Positions 36,123-48,634 of a DNA stretch of 64,000 nucleotides are shown piece by piece. The DNA comes from Tricharina praecox. Taxonomy: Eukaryota. Positions within the stretch are counted from its first letter, which is position 1; every line of letters starts with the position of its first letter. The stretch covers positions 372,001 through 436,000 of the forward strand of contig NW_026250429.1 in the NCBI RefSeq assembly GCF_024521635.1, in the 5' to 3' direction. Below the pieces are notes generated by a model. That model searched no databases. It saw only the letters and a program-made list of their open reading frames with translations, and was not told the DNA's origin. The translations under genes were made by a program, and so were the position numbers.

Positions 36123-36375
36123 GGCGGATATGGTGGGGGGATGCGCAGAGATGGGAGGTGGGCGTGAAGGGGTCGTGACTTAACGCGCGTGTGGAAAACG
36201 CGTTGTACCTGTGAGCCTGAATAGAGTGATAAGGTTCCCGAATCCGGAGGCGAGACATTTAGCGCAGCCTGCGCATGACGTTTAACTCCACCAGGCGATG
36301 CATACCCCGCCGCATCCACATTCACCACCAGCACTCCCACCACCACCACCACCACCGGGTGCCTTAACAATCACA

Positions 36376-37548
36376 ATGCCGCTCCTCAACCTCGCCTCGG
36401 TATCCGCGCACACCGACCGAGTGTGGCAATGCGCGCCGCACCCGACTCTGCCCCTCGTGGCGACCGCCAGCGGCGATAAAAGCTCTCAAATAATCTCGCT
36501 ACTAAAATACACGACGCTGTCGACGATCGACGGCGGACACAAGCGATCGGTGCGCTCTGTGGCGTGGAAGCCCAACACGCGGGGCGAGTCCGTTCTCGCG
36601 ACCGGATCGTTCGATGCCACCGCGGGGATCTGGCGACGCTACGAAGACGACGCCGGCGCGACGACGGGCGGCGAATACGACGACGAGGAAGACGAGGAGT
36701 GGCGGTTCGCCGTAGTCCTGGACGGCCACGAGAGCGAGATCAAATCTGTGGCGTGGAGCGCCGGCGGCACATTCCTCGCTACCTGCTCGAGGGATAAGAG
36801 CGTCTGGGTCTGGGAGGAGATGGATGATGACAATTTCGAAACTGTCGCGGTACTCCAGGAACATACACAGGATGTTAAGTGTGTTACTTGGCACCCGGAG
36901 GAGGCACTGTTGGCGAGTGCGAGCTACGACGACACCGTCCGGCTGTACCGTGAGGACCTTGACGACTGGGTGTGCTGCACCCTCCTCAATGGGCACCAGA
37001 GCACTGTTTGGTGCGTGGTGTTCGAGCCATTGTCGGCGCCGAATTATGAGGCAGGCAGGAACGCAAGGCTGGCGAGTTGCTCAGACGACAAGACGATACG
37101 GATCTGGTCGAGGATTGGTCAGAGTGGGGTGGCGTCGGGGAAGAGCTCCGATGCGCTGCCGAGTATTCTGAGGGGTGCTCCGGTGGAGGAGGACTGGAAA
37201 TGCACGGCGGTGCTCCCTAACGCTCACGAGAGGAGTATTTACTCGATATCGTGGAGCCCAAGAACGGGGAGGATCGTGAGCTGCGGTGGGGATGGGAAGA
37301 TCGTGGTGTATGAAGAGGACAAGGAAGCCGCTGCTACCACAACGGAGGAGGATGGAAAGGATGAGGGTACAGAGGGTGGGAAAGCATGGAAGGTCATTGC
37401 TGAGTTTGTAGGGGCTCACGGCGTGTATGAGATCAACAGCGTCACTTGGAGCAAAAGATACGACAAGGACAAGAGAGGCGAGGACGATGAGATCGTCATC
37501 AGTGCGGGCGACGACGGGGAGGTCAAGTTCTGGGCATTGGTGGACTAG
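36376..37548 (+). CDS. CIA1: Cytosolic iron-sulfur protein assembly WD40 protein 1
   Basis: GHKRSVRSVAW, LATGSFDATAGIW, DGHESEIKSVAWS, LATCSRDKSVWVWE, QEHTQDVKCVTWHP, GAHGVYEINSV. Confidence 0.93.
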   Translation: MPLLNLASVSAHTDRVWQCAPHPTLPLVATASGDKSSQIISLLKYTTLSTIDGGHKRSVRSVAWKPNTRGESVLATGSFDATAGIWRRYEDDAGATTGGEYDDEEDEEWRFAVVLDGHESEIKSVAWSAGGTFLATCSRDKSVWVWEEMDDDNFETVAVLQEHTQDVKCVTWHPEEALLASASYDDTVRLYREDLDDWVCCTLLNGHQSTVWCVVFEPLSAPNYEAGRNARLASCSDDKTIRIWSRIGQSGVASGKSSDALPSILRGAPVEEDWKCTAVLPNAHERSIYSISWSPRTGRIVSCGGDGKIVVYEEDKEAAATTTEEDGKDEGTEGGKAWKVIAEFVGAHGVYEINSVTWSKRYDKDKRGEDDEIVISAGDDGEVKFWALVD

Positions 37549-37769
37549 TTGGACTTTGTATTTTACTAGAACGGCGCGGGAGCGGAATGCGATATAGAGA
37601 GAGAGAAGTTCGGTTTGTTGTCGTATACGGCTTTTTACAGACTATGGCGACCACGGAATACGATATAGAATCTGAACCATAAATCTACTCTCATCTATTC
37701 ATGCGAGTGAGACACAATGTCCTCAAGTAATCTTCATGTGCGCCCCAACCTCCAGGTCCACTACCACTA

Positions 37770-39919
37770 CTATACGCCCCTCCCCTCCCTAACACGGTAA
37801 TACTCCGGCGCGCCCTCCAGCAGCCACTTCTTCTCGACACTGGTGATATCTCTAATGAACGTTTTCTTCCCAGTCTCGACGACCTCATGAAACACGACCC
37901 AGTCCACCTTACGATTGAACATGACACTAGTAGGATGAGCCCAAAGCACCTCACCATCTTCCTGCCCCGCGATCCTGAACGTCCCATCGGGCCGCATCCT
38001 TGCTGCATGCGCAAAGTACCCCGTTACCAGACACTTCCGAATCTCGACTTCTGTCGCGGCATCGCAGTTTCGCGACGCGAGGTCTGGATAGAACCGGAGG
38101 AGATAACGGTATAGTTGTCCGCGCACCGACACTGCACGGGTGAGGGCTTTGAAGTTGAGGTAGTGCTCGTGGCACCACTTGGCGGCTTTCTGCCCGCGAG
38201 TGGTGAATGCGGTGTAGACGTTTAACAGAGTGAGGTGGTCGCCCTCCTCGACGGCGAAGAGACGCTTTTTGCTTTCCGACACGTTTTTACTATTACTGTC
38301 GGAGTTGTGCGCGATGAAGACGTTTTGCACCGTCGTCATGGCGGCGATGCTCAGGATCTGCGCGAAACAGCCCATTTCGACGGAGGCCAGGAGGATACGC
38401 GAGAGCATGGGGTCCACGGGGAGCTCGGCCATGCGGACACCGAGGGGCTTGGTGAGACGTGCATAGTCGTCCAAGGCGCCGAGGGAGTATAGGAGCTCCA
38501 AAGCGCGGACCATTAGTTCGGCGGGGGGTGGGGTGACGAAGCCAAAGCTAGCGACATTATCGATGCCCAGAGCTTTGAGCTGGAGAATAGTCGGCGCGAG
38601 GTTGCTACGTTGTACCTCAGGGATGCTAGCATCCGGGAGGACGATGTTGTGCACTTTTTCTGTGTAGAGGCGGAAGCACTTTCCGGGACGGGTACGGCCT
38701 GCACGGCCCGCGCGTTGTGTTGCGGAGGCTTTCGAGATGGGTACGGCGGTGAGTGTCTCGATGCCGGTGTGGGGATTGTAGGCGCGTAGCTTGACGAAGC
38801 CGCTATCTACTACGAAGGCAATACCATCGATAGTCACGGATGCTTCGGCGATGTTTGTGCTAACGATCACTTTGCGGTAGTTCTCGGGGGCGGCGTCAAA
38901 GACCGCCAGCTGTGCATCGTTGGAGAGACCGGCGAATAGTGGGAGTGGGAGGAGCTGTGGCGCGCGTGGATGTAGTTCCGAGGAGCGCTCGGCGATGGTA
39001 CGGACTGTCCGTTCGATTTCTTCTCGGCCCGTAAGGAATACCAAAATATCTCCCTCGCCTTCCTAAGACCGCATTAGCCCTACAATCCCACCACACGTAC
39101 CCCATCATCGATCATCTATACCTTGAGATGTATATCAAAAACCGTCTGTACCGACTTCTCCACATAATCCTCCGTCGGTTCCTCCAGGTACAAACAATCG
39201 ACCGGATAGCACCTTCCCTCAATCCCCACAATCGTCGCAACCTCACTCTCCCCCTCTCCATCCGTAAAAAACCTCAAAAACTCCTCCGCCTGTAGCGTCG
39301 CCGACGAAATGACCAATCTAAGATCCTTCCTCCTCCTCCGGACCTTCTTCAGCACGCCCAGCAGCACATCTGTCGCCAGCGAGCGCTCATGCGCCTCGTC
39401 CACCATAACAACCGAGTACCGACTCAGCAGCGGATCGACCAGGGCCTCGCGCAGGAGCATGCCGTCGGTCATGTACTTGATCTTCGTGGTAGGGCCCGTC
39501 ATGTCTTCAAAGCGAATCGAATAGCCCACCTACATCCGCACATGCACATCCGCGTCAGCCAATCAGCCCCACTCCAAACAAGCGGAGAACTCACACCTCA
39601 CCTCATCTCCAACCTTGACGCCCATCTCCTCGGCCACCCGGACGGCGACAGAAGTGGCAGCCACCCGCCGCGGCTGCGTACACGCCACTATCTTCCCGTC
39701 CTTCGTGAACCCGCCCAAACTGTGTAGGAACTGCGGCAGCTGTGTGGTCTTGCCCGAGCCCGTCTCGCCAATCAGGATCGTGACCGGGTACGTGGTGATC
39801 GCGTAGATGAGCGCGCGCTTGTGGGCGGTTATGGGGAGCGTGGTGGACGGTCGGTAGAAACCCGGAGCGGCGGTGGGAACATAGCCTTCGGCTTCGGTGG
39901 CGCGGTCGAGGGAGGCCAT
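37770..39919 (-). CDS. DHX35: DEAH-box ATP-dependent RNA helicase, DHX35-like, 3 exons
   Basis: GETGSGKTTQLPQ, TQPRRVAA, DEAHERS, SSAT, STNIAEASVTIDGI, QRAGRAGR; minimal N-terminus; introns ~39530-39595 and ~39064-39120. Confidence 0.85.
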
Positions 39920-40095
39920 TCCGCAGAGGTGTGGTGACCGGGAGTGAAGCTGTAGGAAAACTACGCGTGGTGACACCGTGTGCTGCGCTAACGACGGGAT
40001 GTACCGCTTCCCCACGCCACCCTGGGGCAGGGGCCATGAAGCTCTGGGCAGCGAGAAGTCCGCAGAACGTAGCGTACGGCATGAAAGATGTCTAA

Positions 40096-41073
40096 GAGCC
40101 TGTTCGGTACCGCACCGTATCTGGTAGCTACCACACAAATTTGAGCTTACGTCGGTTCAAAGATACGCTGAGCGTTCGGCGCAACGTCTTTTAGAAAATA
40201 CGATCGTTAAAACTCAGCCACGTCGTATTTCTTGCGTATTTCTCTGAGCCTCCACCAAAAAATAGACGACGCTGGCATTCGTCACCAAATCCCCTGAATC
40301 CGTACAACATCCACCATGTCCGCCGGCAACCGACGCGGTATATGTCAGTAAAAGAGCAGCTTGCGATATTTCTCAAAACCGTAGGCGAGAACGCGTCCAA
40401 CCGTATGGCATAAGAGTCATTTCAACGAAGCGGCAACACGATCAGCCGTACCTTTAATAACGTTCTCGACGCGATGGTAGAGCTTTACACTGTAATTGAG
40501 TAGGCGAACACACTGTGGACCGGGCATTGCTGTGGGCTGTAGAATAGCTACTCTAATCAAAAGCTGCCCACTGCCTGCCATCTTCCCCCATTGTCTATCT
40601 CCCATTTCCAACCCCCTATCTCCTCCTATTGCTATCCCTTAATGTCCGTCACCTGTACGGTATCTCTGTCTCTGCTTCAACATTTTCACCCACCAGGACG
40701 CGATGCAGTAGAGAGGACAGACTTGGGAAGAGGAGAAGGACCCGAGAAAGTAGTTGAGTAGAGGCGGTGGTGTAGTTCTGTCATGTCGTCGCGTCGTCGT
40801 GTCGCTGTGTTGCTCTGTCGCCGCGTCGCTGTGTCTGTCTATCCATGTTTCCATGTTGCGCGCCCTCATACTAGATAATTGTTTCAACTTTCATCTTGGC
40901 TGGAAGTAGTATGGTACAGTGTGGCGTAGAGAGGCTGGCGAGTGTAAAATACGGAGAAAGTGGTGTTGCCGAACAGATATTTGGGATATTTGGGCGCCAA
41001 GTCTTTTACGCACTAGTGGACCGTATTTCTGAGCTTACGTCGGTTCACAGATACGGTCCGCACCGAACGGCTC
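40096..41073 (+). mobile_element. PIF/Harbinger-type internally deleted DNA transposon
   Basis: Imperfect ~27-bp TIRs gagcctgttcggtaccgcaccgtatctg and cagatacggtccgcaccgaacggctc; flanks TAA (40093-40095) and CAA (41074-41076); internal transposase remnant. Confidence 0.8.
40330..40503 (+). pseudogene. Harbinger transposase N-terminal/HTH fragment with premature stop
   Basis: PTRYMSVKEQLAIFLKTVGENASNRMA*ESFQRSGNTISRTFNNVLDAMVELY matches the SVEEQLAIFL..VG.N..NR..QERFQ.SG.TISR.F..VL pattern; TAA at 40411-40413 sits where Gln is expected. Confidence 0.82.
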
Positions 41074-41253
41074 CAAAGCGCCGATGGATGCTACAATCCT
41101 ACAGCAACCCGTGAGGATGTCAATGGCAAACGTACTTCCATAGCTCCATGATTTCAGTCCGCAATATCTGCAAATAGCACACTCCCGGTATCGCATAACG
41201 CCGTATAAATCCCCACACACCCGCAAGCCACATCTACAAATCCCGCGGGCCCT

Positions 41254-42069
41254 CTACACATCAGTATAGAGCCCCCTCTCCCGCACATACTCGGCGACCT
41301 CTTTAGTCAGCAGCCTCTCCAGCGCGTTAACATCCCCGCTCTTCACCGCCTCCCTAACTTTAGTCGAAGAAACGCCCCTCCCCTCCTCCCTCCCCTCAAC
41401 CAGCGTAATCCTCTGCGCCCACTCCCTCCTACACCCCTCCTTCTCCCTCTCGCCCCTCTTCACACTCTCCAAGAACTCCCTCTGCCCTTGCTCCCCCCAG
41501 GCACCCTCCCTCATGGTACAGACCACCTGGTTCCTTTTAAAAAACTTCGCCAGCTCCCCCATGCCCGTGGGATAGTATTTCCCATCTAGCAGGCGAATGA
41601 GCGTATCGTAGCCGATGAGGTACACCTGCTCGGCGCCGGGATACGCATCCGCCAAGTCGCGCGCCTTGTCCAGGAACCGCGCGTGCTTCGTGAGCGCTAT
41701 GTCCACGGGCACGGAGATGGCCGGGGACCGCGACAGGAGCGCCATCATCGCTAGCCGGTCCTCGAAGGGCGCGGGCGACGTGGGCTTGTCCACGTTTTGC
41801 GTCGCGAGGAGGAGCAGGAGCCGTGTGTTGCTAGGGTTTGTGGGTGTGGGGTGGGGGTGGGCGGAGAGTGACGAGAGTGAGGACAAAGCGAGCGAGAGGT
41901 GCGCCAGCGTCGGCGGGTTGAACGAGGAGTCGAGGACGTGCACGTGTGTGCATGCTGATGATGCTGATGGCGGCAAGGGCGGGAGATGGAGGAAGGTTTG
42001 CGGTGACACGGCGAAGGTTTTGAGCGCGCTGCGGAAGGCGGACAGCATTTCTTCGCGTTCGAGGGCCAT
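41254..42069 (-). CDS. POF1: Nicotinamide-nucleotide adenylyltransferase, Pof1-like (cytidylyltransferase fold)
   Basis: VLDSSFNPPTLAHL, LLLATQNVDK, FEDRLAMM, RFLDK, IGYDTLIRLLDGKYY, GVSSTKVR, VAEYVRERGLY. Confidence 0.85.
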   Translation of the reverse strand: MALEREEMLSAFRSALKTFAVSPQTFLHLPPLPPSASSACTHVHVLDSSFNPPTLAHLSLALSSLSSLSAHPHPTPTNPSNTRLLLLLATQNVDKPTSPAPFEDRLAMMALLSRSPAISVPVDIALTKHARFLDKARDLADAYPGAEQVYLIGYDTLIRLLDGKYYPTGMGELAKFFKRNQVVCTMREGAWGEQGQREFLESVKRGEREKEGCRREWAQRITLVEGREEGRGVSSTKVREAVKSGDVNALERLLTKEVAEYVRERGLYTDV

Positions 42070-42250
42070 GCTGGGAATGCGAGGAATGCGGGGTGGCACT
42101 GGGTAATGCAAATTAGGTTACGGTACTCTTTCAGTTGTCGGTAAGGCAAGAAGCGAGCGCCCTCGCTTAGCAGGAGCCAAATTCCTCACCTCCATCTCTC
42201 CCACATCAACCGCCGTCATAGGTATCTACGCGAAAAATATCGCCGGCAAT

Positions 42251-43277
42251 ATGGACAACCTGCAGCTGCACCTCGAAACCGCCCTTTCGGCCCTCCACAC
42301 AGCCCGCGCTTTTCTCAGCGACAATGGCATCGCGCCGCTCACCCTCAAGAACTGGCACATTCTCCTTTCGTGCTGGAAATACTTCCCCTTGGTGAGCCCC
42401 CGATGCACCCGACGCGTATGCGTCGCATCCCTGACGTTCCTCCCAGGTCCTGCCCCTCCAGCTGCTGCTGGACTGGTACCCGATGGGCAAAACCAGCTCC
42501 GTTTCCCTCCTCAACGTTCGGGGCAAACCTGCGTGGGTATTAATGGAGCTTCTCTCACCCTCGACACTGCTGTACAGCATCTACAGCAACCCGACGCGTC
42601 CGCTCGCGCTGCCACGATCGCACGTGTGGCTGACAACGCTGTACCTGATGCACTACTTCCACCGGGCGCTGCTGTCGCCGCTGCGCAACCCCGCAATGGC
42701 AGATATGCACATCGTCATCGCCGTCGCAATGGGCGCGTTCAATCTGCTCAATGGCACCGCAATCGGCGCGTGGCTTGGGGGGTATGGAAGCGCCGAGGAG
42801 ACGCCGAGCTGGATGATCGCCCTGGGAAGTGCTATGTTCCTGGCCGGCTTGTGGGGAAATGTTTACCACGAGGAGGTGCTAAGGGATATTCGTCGGGAGA
42901 CGGCGGGGAGCGAGAAGAAGGTGGACGACGGAGAGACGGTGGTCAGCGAGGAGGGGCGGGTCTATAAGATCCCCCACGGAGGCCTGTTTGCGTACTGTTG
43001 GCACCCACACGTATTCCCCCCACCCCACCTCACCCCACCCCCATCCCTCCATCCCCGATACTGACAACAACAACACCAGTACTTCTCAGAGTGGATCGAA
43101 TGGACAGGCTTCATGATTGCGGGCGGCGGGCCGGCCAACTTCGTGCCTGCGGCGATCTTCCTAGTGAACGAGATTGCGACTATGGGGCCCCGGGCACTGC
43201 AGGGGAGACGGTGGTATTTGAAAAAGTTTGGAGATAAGGCGCCCGTGAGGAAGGCGGTTGTTCCTGGGCTTTTGTAG
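42251..43277 (+). CDS. 3-oxo-5-alpha-steroid 4-dehydrogenase (steroid 5-alpha-reductase family), 3 exons
   Basis: WYPMGKTS, AWVLMELLSP, HYFHRALLSP, GNVYHEEVLRDIR, YKIPHGGLF..HPH|YFSEWIEW, NEIATMGPRA; introns 42392-42446 and 43011-43079. Confidence 0.88.
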
Positions 43278-43451
43278 ATGATGGTAGCGATACTGGGATT
43301 ATGGAATGGGATTGGTTGCGTGTACTATCACTCGACGACGATCGCAGTTTACTACTGAAAGAATCTTGTTCTCGGGTAAGCCCTCGACAGCTCACCTCCG
43401 TCACCCTCGATAGCCCACTCCCCGCCACCTTCTCCACCTTTCAGTCGAGTC

Positions 43452-43514
43452 GAGCACCTCCATCCCCAGCACCTCCATCCCGCGCACCTCCATCCCAAGC
43501 ACCTCCATCCCAAG
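43452..43514 (+). repeat. 15-bp minisatellite (gcacctccatccc-NN) x4
   Basis: Four consecutive gcacctccatccc units. Confidence 0.85.
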
Positions 43515-44532
43515 CTGAGAAGCAAGCCTCATGCACACATAGCACCCACACCCGCGATCGAGTGACACGACCTACACGACCTAGGTACCTACCCAGGTAC
43601 TTACCTAGGTACGGTGATGCCTGGAAGTTGGAAAACCATCGCTGCCTCGGAGACTCGAAGACTCGGAGTCTACGAAAGTACCTAGACTGCGAGCATCAGA
43701 TCGGGCTGGTAGGTAAGTAAGTTAGAGTACCTCCAGCTCCGTAGAGTAATTACAGTGGCACTGGCAGAAAGTGAAGTGAAGTGAAGTGAAATCGCTACCA
43801 GGCTCCCAGAAGATACAGCAATATATTGTCATGCCTCCTACACCCCACCCGCCGATACCGACTCATCACAGACTTTCAACACGGCGGCGGCACCACTCCC
43901 GCCGCCCAGTAGGTACCTATCGTTTTCACCCATTCATGTTACTGTACTATATGCAATTACATATCCACGCCCACAGCCCATAGCCCACAGCCTGCGGTCA
44001 TTCGTCATTCGTTATTCGCCCGTCAGTCCGTCCGTCGAGACAATAAAAGAGAAAAGAGAAAAGGATTCTAATTGTCCTATATATCATATACCCTACGCCA
44101 CATCCACCACCACCATCACCACTACATCTAATGCAATCCAGCGCAATCCAGTCCACACAACCATTTTCACCCATCACCATCATTTTCCATCCATTTTTAA
44201 CCGATAAGCGATAACCATTTTGTCCATTACCAATAGCATCAATAGCATCAGAAAGAAAGCAAAGAAAAAAGGCATGCATCACAAAAAGGAAAATCGAAAC
44301 ATAAAAACGTAAGGAAAAATTCAAGACGCCAACAAAAGGATAGGTACACGTAGCCCAGCCAGCCGTCTCAGAAAAGTGAAAGTGAAAGTGAAAGAAAAGC
44401 AAAAGCAAAAGCGTGATACAGATCCAGGCACCACACCACACCAGACCGCCACTATTTATTGTATGCAGGCGTCCGTCGGATCGAAGCGACCCATCAATGA
44501 GTCCGTGCCAGGTTGCTTGTACCACCCCTCAA

Positions 44533-46262
44533 TCAATCAATCGAGATGTTTGTGTCGCTTTTCTTCAATGTCGGCTTCACCGGTTCAGCAGTGGCAGTGG
44601 CAGTGGCAGTAGTGGGGCTGGTGGTCGCGACGACAGCAGGCGGGCTCTTTGAGTTGGGCGAAGGCAAGTCCTGTAATTCGTCCTCGTCCGATGAGTTGTC
44701 GTCCGACGCCGCCAACGAGCCAGATCTACTAGCACGATTCCGCATCTGGAGAAAAAAGCACATGCCGAGTTAGCCCACTGCTTTGGTGCAGATGTACATA
44801 GATACATAGAGGAGAACCTCGGGTGGATGCGCGAGGAAGCGGGGATATATAGCGTTAGGGTGTAATTGCTAGCTTACCCAAGATCGAACCCCACCAATCA
44901 GACCCAGCGAGTAACCGTTGGCAAACTCGGTGTGCGGGCTCTGCGGTCGCGATAGCGGTTCGAGATGGCTCCACTGCGGGGCCAGCCTTCCGTTATCTGG
45001 AGAGGCGAGCGTCTCCCGGGAAGCCGTGGTGCCAAACTGATAAGGACTTGAAGGCCGCGGTGAAGGTGCCCAGTAGTTCTTGAATTCGTCGCGAAGTTCC
45101 CGGCCCGTTGTCGACCAATTGTTCTTGATCGTCTCTCGGAGCTCGGAAACATGACGCTTGATATCCATCTCGTTCTTTTTGAGCCAGCTGAGATTCAGCT
45201 CCTGCCTGCTCGCACCGCGCTTGAGCTGGCGGGTGATGTATTTCTCGTAATCACGGACAATCCTGCGGTAAGGTAATCAGCTTCCGTCACCCGTCCGGCG
45301 GCGGTGATGGCGGTACGTACTTTGTGATGATGTAAGTGGTGGAAATTCCCTCCGTTCTTTGCGTGACCATGAATTTCCCGGCCTCCTTGCAGGGCTTGTA
45401 GATGTCATCGCACTCGGCAGAGACGTAGGGCTCATCGTCGTGGGCGACATAATCGATCGAGTGGTCGTCCAGGAACTCGGGCGTGACGATCCAAGGAGCA
45501 TCCTCAATGACCTCGTCCACCCACTTGCAGTGCCGTAAGGACTCGGCGCGCTCTTTATCGGTGAGCACCGTAAGACCCTTCCGCTTGTGTGTCTCGGTAT
45601 CGTTGGGTATACCGACGAGCAGGTACGTGCTCGGGAAAGCTTTTTTGGCCTGTTCGAGCTGCCGCATATGTCTGTGGGCCGCGGTTAGCACGATTGGCCC
45701 TTCCCCTCGCTTATCACGTCCCGTGGGGAGGGGGGGGCGGGACCGTGACGAAAAACCGCAAAACTCACCCAAGATGGAACAGATCAAACACGCCGTCGGC
45801 ATAGACCCTGACCGGGCGGTCAGTAGGCGGGGGGTTCATCGAGAAGCCGACCGGACACAGGGCAGCCAGCTCCTCCGGCGGCAGGATCGCGCCGGTCTCG
45901 ACCGGCTGGCTCCTCAGGCTCGCCTCGGACTCCGACTTGGTCCTTTCCCGGCTGTCTCGCTCAATGTCGGAACTCTCTGCCTCCTCCTCCGCCTCCCCAT
46001 CCGCCTCCTCATCAGGCTGCTGATGCTGTTGCCGCGATTGCCGCTTGGCACGCTTTGCGGGGTGCATGGCACCGGTGGTCATGACGGTGGCCTCGGGAAT
46101 GGTGGCGGCCGAGGAGTCGTAGGAGAGCTCGGCGTCGGCTTCTTCGCCCGACGTGGGGTGCGCGTTGCTCATAACGGCGTCCGTGGTGCTGCTGCTGCTT
46201 TCGCCAGAGGTGCGCGAGCTGCGTTTACGCTTCGTTGCGGTGTCGGAGGAAATCGACGACAT
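44533..46262 (-). CDS. PCT1: Choline-phosphate cytidylyltransferase, 4 exons
   Basis: [83 protein letters not shown]. Confidence 0.93.
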
Positions 46263-47265
46263 CTCGTGTTCTTGGCTCTTTTTTTTCTTCTCCTTCTTCG
46301 ACGCCGTCGGGATGCTACGGACGAGTTGCAATTGTCGTTATCTTTGGTGTTTTGGTGGTGGTGGTGGTGGGTTTTAGGGGGGTGGAGGGGGGGAGTGGCT
46401 GTATCTAGTGTGTTGGAATCTTTTTCAAAATCGGATGGGATGTATGAAGAGTATGTGGTTGGGGTGGTTGAGTAGAAGCAGAAACAATCCTGCTTTGATT
46501 TTGAAGAAGAGAGGCAGGCAGCAAGAGTTGGGAAGGTGAGTGGCTGGCGAATAGAAGGAGCACGGCGGAAGCGACGTCACGGCAACGGAGGGAGCGAGGG
46601 AGGAGGCAGGGAGGCAGGCGGAGGAGGAGGAGCAGCGAGTTGGGTGGGTGGTACGGGACCGTGCTCTCGCTGCGTTCTTTCTGTGGGCAACGTATGCTCT
46701 AATGAAGCCTGCCTGCCTGCCGTAGGCGATTACCTAGATAACTTTACTCTACCTAGGTCCTAGGTAAGTCTCACTTTCTTACATTCTTCATCCAGACTCA
46801 CGCAGGGTACATATCTAGGTTTTTGCCGCGTCGTCTTAAACTTCAACCGAGCCAACATAGAGTAGAGTAGGTATCAGTCTGGCCAGTGGCCATCAAGAGG
46901 GATTCTCGAGATTCTCGGGTACATATTTTGCATACTAGTATAACTACGTGCCCATCTCCGTCACCGCCCGCTGACTCGCGCGCGACTCCATCCTTCGCGG
47001 GGGAGTCGCGAAGGAGTCGCGAAAGATACCAAAACGTCGCTTCCGCGCCGATCTCTGAACACCTATCATCTTTGGTGAAATTACATCATCCGCATGTGCG
47101 GGTGTTTCACCCGTGCTACATACATGGAGTAGAACTGAACTGGAAGAAGAAAACATACATACCGTACTTCCTACCCACCTGCACTGCTGCGCTGCATACG
47201 ATACGCGGTCCGGACGAAACAAAAGCACACATACATCTTTGTTGCGGGGCCTGCGCTTTTGAAGG

Positions 47266-47508
47266 GCCATCTTTTTGCGGTTCTATTTTCAGGCCAGCTG
47301 GCAGCCAGCAGCAGCAGATATGAATGATGGGGAGTGAAAAAGGCTGAGGTTATGTATAGTATGTACCTCCCCCCAACCTTAGATTCCTGGTCCGATGTTG
47401 ATGTGAAGATCTTTGACAAGAGGAAACACAGGGTTTTGTATCCATGGAAATCAAGCTCCAGTGCACCAAACTCTCACGACTCACGAGTGGCGACCAATCT
47501 TCACTCTA
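47266..47508 (+). repeat. Dispersed ~230-bp repeat, copy 2 (direct copy of ~2855-3078)
   Basis: See copy 1. Confidence 0.8.
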
Positions 47509-48634
47509 TGTACAATACATAGACCGTAGGCACCATACATACCTTATCTGCTAGGTATACTTTGGAGAGGTAACACAGCTTGTGATACGCGTATGTAGGT
47601 CTTCAAGGTGCGAATGGGGGGGGATCGTAAGCAGCGCTGCTGAAGGAGACTGGTCGTCGACGCCGGACGGCGAGGCACCTGGGTGAGACACCGTACAGAA
47701 TAGCATCTCACCTCACCTCGCCACTCCGATAGGTGCTCCCCGTATGTACTCCGCATACTCCGCGTACTCCCCGACGCCCGTACTCTCCGACGCACGTACT
47801 CCCCGTTGCGAACTTGCGCTCCGGCTCGCCGGTAGAGTAGGTAGAGTATGTGGAGTACTCTAGATTACTTTGTGGTTGCACGCATGATTGGACCAGCCAC
47901 AAGAGCCCTTCGCTCCCCGATACTCTACATACTCTAGATAACCGGAGGTGTCTCGGCATTCATTCTGTGGTGATACATAGGGGGCCAATCACAATCACTC
48001 ACCCACGCACGATGGGCATAACTGACGATCGACAGGTGTGTAGGTAGGCATTTCACTCACATCCTCACAACCTCGTATGATATGTACTCCACATATGGTG
48101 AAAATCCCGACATCTCATGATCGGCAAACCTACAGACTTATAGCTACGAACCTGGCCTGGCTATATATACAACGTCCTTGTCCTTCTTCTCATTCCCAGC
48201 CTTCCCTCCCGTTCATCAAAAAGGTCCTTCCCAAGTTCCCATCCTCCTCCTCCTCCTCCTTCTCCTCATCATCACACTAGGTAAGTACCCAAGTACTCCT
48301 TTCCTTTCTACCGACCCCAGACCCGGACTACCGCATACTCACAAAGGCTGCATTCTCGCCCATTCTCGCCCATCATCACCCACCCATCACCCACCATCCA
48401 TCCATCAAACTCGCATAATCCCAATCCAATCCAATCCAATCACAAGATATCGCTGGCAAGCACACCCCCAAACTCCAGTACCTATCAATCAATCAATCGA
48501 ACACGCAGGGACGCACGCAGAGACGCAAGCATGCACAAACAAACAACAAACTGATGAGTGAAACCAAAAATCCAAAAATCCAAAAATCAAAGAACCAAAA
48601 ATCAAACCTCCATTCCCGTTCCCATTCCCCATCC

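Noticed and set aside
47740..47805. Short cgtactcc repeats as a CRISPR-like array
   Set aside because: Eukaryotic context, irregular short units and no unique spacers; simple degenerate tandem repeat.
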